NCBI GenBank assembly: GCA_965657355.1
Contig: CBFHOE010000002.1
Span: 64,001-128,000, forward strand
Source: Limisphaerales bacterium
GTDB lineage: Bacteria; Verrucomicrobiota; Verrucomicrobiia; Limisphaerales; JAJOIW01
Length of the DNA: 64,000 bases
Direction: 5' to 3'
Both the position numbers and the translations under genes were made by a program. This document shows, piece by piece, positions 42,898 to 51,700 of this stretch (position 1 is the stretch's first letter; each line of letters begins with the position of its first letter). The notes under the pieces were generated by a model. The model was given only the letters and a program-made list of their open reading frames with translations, did not search any database and was not told the origin of the DNA.

Positions 42898-43638
42898 TTA
42901 GTCCTTATCCTTAGTTGTTCTTGAATTTGATGAGTCGTCGTCATCGCTATCGCTCGATGAAGACGATGCTGCCTTGTCCAGGCTGCCAAGGGCTCCTAGC
43001 CTTTTTTGCTTAATTTCACCATTTCTCTCGAGTTGGGCTTGAGCTTCTACGGTAAATCTTGTCCAGGGTATAGCAACTAATCGGGCTTTAGGGATTGGTT
43101 TGCCTGAAAGTTCGCAGATACCAAAAGTTCCCTTCTCTATACGCTTGAGGGCCTCGTCGATCTCATAAAGAGAATCTTGATCAGAAGACATTAGGCTCAA
43201 GTTAAAATCTCGATCGAAATTGTCTGTCCCGGAATCGGCCATGTGAAGACTGTATCCAGTCATTTCTTCGGCTGATTCTTTGGCTAAACCTGATAATTGC
43301 GCTGAAATTTGGTTTCTGATTCGTATGAGTTCTTTAAAATAACTAACCCATTCCGGCTTAATCATGGAAACATCAACGGATTCAAATTCCTGGTTTTGTC
43401 TTTCTGCTTCTTCTTTCCGCTCTTTAGCCGATGGTCGTCCGAGTATTGATGCTGCCAGAGAGGAAGGCTTGGAGATCGACGATGATCGCTCCACTTTCTT
43501 TGCTACTGCCTTTTTGACCGCCGCCTTCTTGGCAACCGTCTTCTTAGCAACTGCCTTCTTAGCTGCCTTTTTGACCGTTGCCTTTGGCAGATCATTAGCT
43601 TTAGCAGATGAATCTTTGCTTTTCTTTTTAGTAGCCAC
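42898..43638 (-). CDS. dksA: DksA/TraR family protein with Lys/Ala-rich N-terminal extension
   Basis: [45 protein letters not shown] start. Confidence 0.88.
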   Translation of the reverse strand: MATKKKSKDSSAKANDLPKATVKKAAKKAVAKKTVAKKAAVKKAVAKKVERSSSISKPSSLAASILGRPSAKERKEEAERQNQEFESVDVSMIKPEWVSYFKELIRIRNQISAQLSGLAKESAEEMTGYSLHMADSGTDNFDRDFNLSLMSSDQDSLYEIDEALKRIEKGTFGICELSGKPIPKARLVAIPWTRFTVEAQAQLERNGEIKQKRLGALGSLDKAASSSSSDSDDDDSSNSRTTKDKD

Positions 43639-43756
43639 TTTAGTTACGTATTACATGACAACCACTCGGACCATCAAAACATGTTAGAGTCGGGTATATT
43701 ACCGATAAGATCCAATTAAGCCACTAAATTCTGAAAAAAAATTAGTGATGTGAAAT

Positions 43757-44581
43757 TTAATTGATATCGGGAAAATCAGAGGAGTTTACCAAAGCGTATG
43801 CATTGTGCAGATGTATACTTTCAAAATTCTCTGCCTCCACTTGAAACCACGATAAGGATTTTATGTTTTTGAGTTCACTAGCAATATTCCTGACCAAATC
43901 TTCGACGAAAACCGGGTTTAAATAGGCAGTTTCGGTAACTTTTTTTTCATCAACCCTTTTCAGAATGGAATAAAGCTCACTGCTTGCGGATTTTTCTACT
44001 ATTTCTATCAATTCAGATATGTCGGGCTTAGTTGAGCTTTGAAATTTCAAGGTAACTTCGCCTCTTTGATTATGAGCAGAAAATTCGGAGATAGCTTTCG
44101 AACATGGGCATAAGGTCGTCACCCACACTTTAAGAGTATTGGTCTGAGAGAATTGTCCGTTCTTGATTTCTGCCAAGGCAGAAATTAAGTATTTCATTGG
44201 TCCATTTTTTCCTGATACGGGGGCCGATTTAGACAAGAATATAGGACATTCGATATGAAATCCGGCTCGAGAAGATGGCAATTTCTCCAACAAAAGATCC
44301 AAGAAGCTCTTGAGATCAAAAAGATCTAGAGGTTTGCTCATTTCACCCAATGTTTCGACAAAGCGACTCATGTGAGTCCCTTTAATGCTGGGTTCCAATG
44401 AAACATCCAAAGCACATTTTGCTATGGTATTTTGCTCGAAATTATGGCTTATTTTTAAAGCCAAAGGGAGTTCTAATTCTCGAATGCCCACTTTTCGAAT
44501 GGGTATGTGTCTATGATCACTCAGGCTTTGAGTGTCCGGTAGCTGTGAAGTATGTGAAGTTGAATCCAATTGAGATTCCAT
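43757..44581 (-). CDS. folE2: GTP cyclohydrolase IB
   Basis: KGTHMSRF, TTLCPCSKAIS, AHNQR, NPVFVEDLVR, ESIHLHNA. Confidence 0.95.
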   Translation of the reverse strand: MESQLDSTSHTSQLPDTQSLSDHRHIPIRKVGIRELELPLALKISHNFEQNTIAKCALDVSLEPSIKGTHMSRFVETLGEMSKPLDLFDLKSFLDLLLEKLPSSRAGFHIECPIFLSKSAPVSGKNGPMKYLISALAEIKNGQFSQTNTLKVWVTTLCPCSKAISEFSAHNQRGEVTLKFQSSTKPDISELIEIVEKSASSELYSILKRVDEKKVTETAYLNPVFVEDLVRNIASELKNIKSLSWFQVEAENFESIHLHNAYALVNSSDFPDIN

Positions 44582-44588
44582 TATTTAG

Positions 44589-45590
44589 ATGAGTAATATT
44601 ATTAAAATTCGTTTCATCATAACCAAAATTCAGATTTTTCCAAAAGTTAATCAAATTATAATTCTGGCAGTCATAATTTTGGTAACGCCCGTCAGAGGGG
44701 AAGAAAAGAGTGAGATAGATGAAACAAATGGCGATAATTTAAGACGGCTGCGCCTAATGACTTGGAATCTCGAAAACTACAGGGTCACACCTTCAGATTT
44801 CGGACAGCCAAAGTCACTCAGATCCAGAAATATCATAGCGGAGGCGATTGCAAATCATAAGCCCAACATACTGCTGCTTCAAGAGATCGGTGATGAAAAC
44901 TCAATAAAAAACCTTCAAAATTTAATAAAAAAATACCATTGGGCCATGCCATACTCCGCCTCACTCATAAGCAGTGAAAAAACCAATGTCCTTAATACTG
45001 CCCTGTTGAGCACCTGCGTTATAGAGAAGATCCCCGACAACGGTTTGAATCACTACCTACATATGGGCCAATTGCTTCCAATACAAAGAGGCATTCTCTT
45101 TTGCACCGCAAAAACACAGCACTTCGGGGCCCTGGCGATAATATGCTTACACCTAAAATCTCATCGCGAAGTCGTGTTCGGAGACCAGGAAATAATGAGA
45201 GAAAAAGAAGCCATTTTGGTCAGGAAAAAACTAAATTCATTTATGAGGCAGGCCCCTAACGCACTCATAGTTGTTGGTGGAGATCTGAATGACCACCCAA
45301 ACTCCAAAACACTGAAAGTACTAAAAGGAACATTGGCTTCAAGATTGTATGATGTAAGGCCAACTGAAAAGACGAGTTTTTCTCGCAATAGTAATAATGG
45401 CATTGCGTGGACTCATTATTACCAACAAGAGGACTCTTATTCCCGATTTGATTACTTTTTAATAAATAGACAATTAAAGAATCTGATTGATTACGGAAAT
45501 ACCTTTATTGTCGAGCGAGAGGCTTGGGATTTGGCCTCCGATCACAGACCATTGTTAATGACTATAAAGATTCAGCAAACGCCGGAATGA
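44589..45590 (+). CDS. Endonuclease/exonuclease/phosphatase family protein
   Basis: MTWNLENY, LQEI, HLKS, GDLND, FDY, SDHRP. Start uncertain: the ATG is only 7 bp from the divergent folE2 start. Confidence 0.85.
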   Translation: MSNIIKIRFIITKIQIFPKVNQIIILAVIILVTPVRGEEKSEIDETNGDNLRRLRLMTWNLENYRVTPSDFGQPKSLRSRNIIAEAIANHKPNILLLQEIGDENSIKNLQNLIKKYHWAMPYSASLISSEKTNVLNTALLSTCVIEKIPDNGLNHYLHMGQLLPIQRGILFCTAKTQHFGALAIICLHLKSHREVVFGDQEIMREKEAILVRKKLNSFMRQAPNALIVVGGDLNDHPNSKTLKVLKGTLASRLYDVRPTEKTSFSRNSNNGIAWTHYYQQEDSYSRFDYFLINRQLKNLIDYGNTFIVEREAWDLASDHRPLLMTIKIQQTPE

Positions 45591-45609
45591 TTATCAGACT
45601 GAGAACAAA

Positions 45610-46524
45610 TCACTTTATTTTGAAGTAACTCCGAAGGGTGTCCGAAATATCAAGCGGCCTCCAATTATCAAATTTATTTTGTTTAGGGAGGAATTCGAGT
45701 GAGTCTGCCTCTGCCCTCTTAATTTGTTCCTCGGTCATATGTCTTCGAAGTTTCTCCCTCTGTCTTGCAGCATATTCATTTCCATCTGCAGCAGCTAGAT
45801 TGAACCACATGAATGATCTAACAACATCTGAATGTGGGTTTTCATTAAGCATTCTAGGAGCAAGCAGAACTCCCATATTATTTTTAGCAGCAGGATGGCC
45901 TTGATTGGCAGCTAACTGACACCAATGTATGGCGAGCTTATCATCTTTATCCACGCCTATAGCTCCATCATAGCAGTTACTGAGCATGATTTGGCTTTGG
46001 ACATCACCTAAGTTGGCTAAGTAAGTAAGCACTTCAACAGCGGGCTCCAACCGGGCGCTCCCTCCTTCGGCATTTTGCCACATAACAGCCACACGTTTCA
46101 TAGAAGCTGGGACGCCAGCATTAGCAGGTATAAGAAAGTTTTTTAGAGATTCCGATCTACTTTTAGGCACTCCTTTACCGTCATAATACAGTTCACCCAA
46201 CTTATGAAATGATTTCAAATGACCCGTTTGAGAGGATTTTTTTAACCAAAGAGCTGCTTCGGAGTATTTAGAATCCATGATGAGGATGACAGCGAGGTTA
46301 TATTGACTTGCAGCAAGGCCTCTATTCGCCGCCCTCTCGAACCAAGCTTTTGCCTTCACTTGATCTTTTAAAACTCCACTGCCTTCAGCATAGAGTATTC
46401 CCAGTTTGTCCATAGCTCGGACATCACCATTATTTGCATCCCTGAGAATTTCAGAAAACTGTTGCGCACCTGAGTAAATCTGATTCGACAACAAAATAAC
46501 AAAACAAATGAGCAATTTATGCAT
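45610..46524 (-). CDS. Sel1-like repeat protein, secreted
   Basis: Signal peptide from ATG 46524; repeats LGILYAEGSGV...WFERAA, LGELYYDGKGV, WCQLAANQG, WFNLAA. Confidence 0.88.
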   Translation of the reverse strand: MHKLLICFVILLSNQIYSGAQQFSEILRDANNGDVRAMDKLGILYAEGSGVLKDQVKAKAWFERAANRGLAASQYNLAVILIMDSKYSEAALWLKKSSQTGHLKSFHKLGELYYDGKGVPKSRSESLKNFLIPANAGVPASMKRVAVMWQNAEGGSARLEPAVEVLTYLANLGDVQSQIMLSNCYDGAIGVDKDDKLAIHWCQLAANQGHPAAKNNMGVLLAPRMLNENPHSDVVRSFMWFNLAAADGNEYAARQREKLRRHMTEEQIKRAEADSLEFLPKQNKFDNWRPLDISDTLRSYFKIK

Positions 46525-46978
46525 GGAGCTTAATTTAAAGTTCAGTCTTAACGGTGCATTAAAGTTGGCACCAGGTTCATCTGGCTTATTTATGACCATA
46601 ATTTGTCTCATATATAAATCGTCATGTTCATAACTTACTTAAGTTCAATGATTAACATGAAAACGAGATAAGACGTGAATAATGACTCATATTGCCCATT
46701 TGCTACCGGATTTCATGATAATTACTAAAATTTCAATACCCGAGCAGCCAAAAGCTCACTCGCAAGGAGCTAGTTTGTTTGAATTTATCTAAAAAGTATT
46801 TCTCTGTCGGATCATATGAGCTGCACCGACGACGTCTGATCAAATTTCTTGCTTCAAGGAAAGGGGATTACTTCATTTATTTCACCAGTAAAAATAGTCT
46901 TTATATCATATCAGAATCCCCGAATGACTTAATAATGCTTAATAAAATAACTATCTGTAAAAGTCAGAATTCATCATT

Positions 46979-48463
46979 TTAATGAGCCCTATACCATTTC
47001 TTGGGAAGGGGATGTTTTTTAAGAATATTGAGTAACCGGTTAAAGGCCTGTGGTTTAGATGAAGCTATATTCACCCTTTCCATTGGGTCAGATTGGTAAT
47101 CGTAGAGTTCATATTCAGGCTCAAGAGTTGGATTTTTCATGTTATACCATTGAACAAGCCTAAATCTTTGGGTCCTTATAGCCCTTCCCATCTTATTTCT
47201 GCGCGGAAAGCAATGGTAAACATGATCACCAATACTTTTCTTAGGATTTTTTAATACGGGCAATAGGCTTTTGCCATCCATTGGTTGGGGGCCATCAGGT
47301 TTGGGGAGTCCGGCAAGCTCCGCCAGGGTCGGGTAAATATCCACAGTCTCGGCCAATTGAGACGTTGCAGCCCCCTTCTGCGCTATACCCGGAGCAACGA
47401 ACAATAAGGGTATCCTATTGCTTTGTTCATAATTTGTGTGCTTCGTCCAATATCCATGGTCCCCAAGGTGCCACCCGTGGTCCCCCCAGAGCACAATGAT
47501 GGTGCTCTTACTGAGACCCAAATTATCGAGAGCTTTGGTGACCTTTCCAATTTGAGCGTCCGTGTATGTTGTCGTTGCATAATAGCCATGCAGTAAAGTC
47601 TTTTGAATTTTATCTGTTTTCAGATTTTCAACTGATAATGGAGAATAATTAACGATCTCCCCACCTCGCTTTCCTGCGTATGAAGGCGCCCCAGCAGGAT
47701 GATTTTGAAATGGAGAAAGTTCAAATTTTGAGGGATTGTGCATGTCCCAGTATTTCTTGGGAGCAGTGAATGGCAAATGAGGCTTCACAAAACCAAGTGC
47801 CAGAAAAAATGGCTTATCTGGATTCTTTGCGGCGGTCTCAAGTCTTTTGATTCCTTCTTTTGCAATTCGGCCATCGGCATAGGCATCATCCTGGACATCT
47901 GCAAATTCCCAAGCAGCGCCCTTGGGCAAGGAGCGTATATTGCCTAATTTTTGATTTGAGAAGTATGCTTCTTCTCTCGTTAATTGCCCACCACCAGTGC
48001 TTTCAGGCTTAAGGTATTCAACGACTTTTTCGCGAACAGGAGGGCGGCTCCATGAGGCAGGATCCCCAGTATTTCCATGTCCGAAGTGCAGAATTTTGCC
48101 GACTGCCTCTGCTGTATAACCATGATTGCGAAAGTGTTGAGGTAATGAAATAGCTTCAGGATATGCTTTTCTGAATGGGGTTCCTAAACCGTAGATTCCT
48201 AATGACGTAGAGCGAGCCCCCAAAAGTAGGTTATTTCTTGATGGAGCACAGACAGCTTGGTTGCAATACGCCTTTTTAAATTTCACACCTCTGGAAGCGA
48301 GCTCATCGATATTTGGGGTAATGGCCAATTTGTCTCCATAACAACCAATGGCTGGTTTTAAATCATCCACCAAAATCATTAAAATATTTTTCTTTGCCCA
48401 TGAAATTTCAGCATCAACAAAAAAAATAAATGAAAATAAAATTATTAAATATCGAAAATACAT
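46979..48463 (-). CDS. Formylglycine-dependent sulfatase (iduronate-2-sulfatase-like), secreted
   Basis: NILMILVDDL, CAPSR, KPHLPF, GDHGWHLGD; signal peptide. Confidence 0.92.
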   Translation of the reverse strand: MYFRYLIILFSFIFFVDAEISWAKKNILMILVDDLKPAIGCYGDKLAITPNIDELASRGVKFKKAYCNQAVCAPSRNNLLLGARSTSLGIYGLGTPFRKAYPEAISLPQHFRNHGYTAEAVGKILHFGHGNTGDPASWSRPPVREKVVEYLKPESTGGGQLTREEAYFSNQKLGNIRSLPKGAAWEFADVQDDAYADGRIAKEGIKRLETAAKNPDKPFFLALGFVKPHLPFTAPKKYWDMHNPSKFELSPFQNHPAGAPSYAGKRGGEIVNYSPLSVENLKTDKIQKTLLHGYYATTTYTDAQIGKVTKALDNLGLSKSTIIVLWGDHGWHLGDHGYWTKHTNYEQSNRIPLLFVAPGIAQKGAATSQLAETVDIYPTLAELAGLPKPDGPQPMDGKSLLPVLKNPKKSIGDHVYHCFPRRNKMGRAIRTQRFRLVQWYNMKNPTLEPEYELYDYQSDPMERVNIASSKPQAFNRLLNILKKHPLPKKWYRAH

Positions 48464-48729
48464 AGGGCCAGAATAAACCAGGTCATTCCCACATCAAAAC
48501 CAAATATCCACGCCGCAAACTGATAAATATGAATTAGTTAGAAATTCTAGTCCCCGGAAGGGTGCCGATTGGAGCACAAAACTCAATTAAATCAACGGGA
48601 AAAAATAAAGTGAAAGGTAATTAATAAATCCAAGTATACCCATATGAAATTAAAAAGTTTTCGGTTTACCAAATGCGGTAATCATCCGATTTCGATACAA
48701 GGTCTATTAGAAATAAATTGAGAAATAGT

Positions 48730-51700
48730 ATGTTTGAAAGAAAAAATAGTTTGTGGGGAAGCATAGTCTTCGCACTCATGTTTGCATTAGCGACTCCCTT
48801 TGTTACGGAGTCCTTGTATGCTGGGGTCACGATCAATACCGAGCCAGTGTCTATCGAGGCAAATGCTGGTGACCGAGTTGAATTCTCTGTTGGCGCAACC
48901 GGTACGTCATTGAGATATCAGTGGTATAAAAATGGTATTCGCCTGAACGGAAAGACAAGTCGGAGACTCATTTTATCAAGTGTAGACTTTGATGACTCTG
49001 CTACTTACCACGTAAGAATTCGAGATAATAGGAATGATACCGAATGGTCCGGCCCAGGTATCCTCAACGTATCCACAACATCTGGTGGTACGATAAACAT
49101 TTGTAACGCAACTCTGGATTCAGGGTCGCGCAGAGTAGCCGTATCTCATCCGGAAACTGGAAAATTGCTGAATGGAAGAGAGTGGTTTGCCCAACCGTAT
49201 GTTGGTAATGACATTGAAAATTTAGCTCCCACTGGAGCGGCTGTTCCATTTTACGAATCTGATATAGGAACAGGAATTTGGTTTAAAACCCCTAATCCAA
49301 TTAGAAAAATAAATGGGGTCGCCCCAGGCCGAGAAGTTTTAGTACAATTCAGAGTGTGGGAGTGGGGAAAGGGAAAAACTTTTGAAGAAGCGCTCGAAAA
49401 TGACTCCGATTTTTTCGCATCAAATATATTTGAATACACAACAGGTGGTGCCGGAAGCCCGCCATCAATTGCTCCTTCAGTTAATGGTCTTCAAGAATTC
49501 TTCTTTAATTCAGGGCTTCCCATTACTGAAGCAACTATTCTTTCACAATCGACACATAAATTTTACTCCGAAGGTGAAACTGTCCTTATAGAAGTTGAAG
49601 CTGATGGACCTGGGTTGACATATAATTGGTATGTCAATGGAATGCCATCAGATGTCTCCGACACAGGGTCGATTCTTTTTGAAAATGCCACAGCTGCTAA
49701 TTCTGGAACCTACCAACTTGAAGTGGTTGATGAAAACGGTAAATCTGCTATCTCCGAGCCCATAATCACTGTCGTCCTCCCATTCACTGGGGGAACATTC
49801 AATTTTTGCAATATTGGTTTAGACTCTGGCCAACGAAATGTTCCAGTAATCCACCCTGAGTCTGGAGGAGTTTCGGGTATCGAGTGGCTAGCACAACCAT
49901 ATGTCGGCGAAGATGCCTACAACATGCTCCCTGTTGGTCCTCCTTCACCTTTCTTCACAGGTGAAGCGGCCGGACTGATCGTGAAAAGCCCGACTCCAAC
50001 CAGGAAAGCGACCCATGTAGAACCCGGAACGGTTGCCACGATGCAAATCAGGGTTTGGCAATCTGGAAAAGGTGGCAGTTTTGAATCTGCAGTTGAGAAT
50101 GGATCAGACTTTTTCGCTTCAAATATTTTCGAGGTGGCTCTGGGGGGAGTTGGAACACCTCCAAGTATTCCAACAAATATTAATGCTCTCGAGGAATTCT
50201 TCTTTAATGATGGATTGCCAATTGAGGAAGCAACAATACTTGGTCAATCAGATCACATCTCAATTTTGGAAGGATCCCCACTTGAACTGAATGTTGAAGC
50301 TGTTGGTTTGGGACTGTCTTACCAGTGGTTCTTCAATGGATCTTTAATTGAAAATTCCAACTCTGAAAGTTATTCCATTGCGAATTCCAATGAGAGTCAT
50401 AGCGGCACCTATCACGTCATTGTCACTGATGAAAACGAAAACACAGCAGTGAGTTCACCAATCGTGGCCATGGTATCACCGATCTCCGGAGGTTCATTCA
50501 TATTTTGTAATGTTGGATTAGACGGAGGCACTCGGAACGTTCCAGTCGTTCACCCTGAAACTGGCGGAGTAGAAGGAATGGAATGGCTAGCTCAACCTTG
50601 GGTTGGCAATAATGCTTATGATTTAAAGCCTGTGGGACCAGCGACACCTTTCTTCAATGGTGAAGCTGCTGGACTTATTTTGAAAAGCCCTAACCCTACG
50701 CGGAAGGCATCGCATATTGCTCCAGGCACTTTGGCCACCATCCAAATAAGAGTGTGGCAAGCAAGGAAAGGTAGTGATTTTGAATCAGCTCTAGAAAACG
50801 AATCAGATTTTTTTGCTTCAAACATTTTCACTAAAACACTAGGAGGCATTGGCAACCCTCCATCGGTTCCTACATTTATTGATGAGCTTGAAGAATTTAA
50901 CTTTAACGGGGGACTCCCTTCCCCAGAGGTTTCAATCGTTTCTCAATCCTCCCACCAATCCCTATCGGAAGGTCAGGCGCTCAACATTGAAGTGGAAGCA
51001 GTAGGGCCTGGGTTAGTATACAAATGGTATTTTAATGGATTGCCCGTCAATGATGCTACAACTGGGCTCATCTCAATCCCATCTGTCGTTGAAGCAAACC
51101 AAGGAACATACCAGGTGTTTGTAACAGACGAAAATGGCAAAGTTGCAGTCAGCGAGCCGATCATAGTCATCGTCAATCCATCCTCAGGGGGAACCTTTAA
51201 TTTCTGTAATATAGGTCTAGATGGTGGACAACGAAATGTTCCAGTGACTCACGAACAAATGGTTATTTCAGGAACGGAGTGGTTTGCTCAACCTTTTGTT
51301 GGGAATACTACCAACGACCTAGAACCAGTTGGCCCTCCTGTACCTTTTTACACCGGAGATGCTGCAGGGTTAATTTTAAAAAACCCAACTCCAACTCGTC
51401 GCGCAAAAAACGTAGAACCTGGTAGCGTGGCCACAATCCAAATTCGTGTTTGGCGATCGGGCAAAGGAGCAGATTTCGAATCAGCTTTAAACAATGAATC
51501 GGATTATTTCGCGTCAAATATCTTTACTGCCACGTTGGGCGGTGCTGGAAACCCACCAACATTCCCAGTGGAAATCAATGGATTGAATAAATTCTTTTTC
51601 AATGAAGGGTTACCACCAGAGGTTGCAGAGATTGTAAACCAGCCAACACACACATCATTAACCGTTGGCAATCCGCTATCTCTAGTCGTAGATGCTAAAG

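Noticed and set aside
42648..42914. 88-aa plus-strand ORF
   Set aside because: Antisense shadow of rpmG and rpsR.
44582..44615. AT-rich GTAATATTATTAA near the folE2 start as a Zur box
   Set aside because: Poor dyad symmetry and spacing relative to known Zur consensus sequences; indistinguishable from AT-rich background.
46622..46660. Imperfect inverted repeat upstream of the Sel1 gene
   Set aside because: AT-rich with several mismatches; no supporting evidence.
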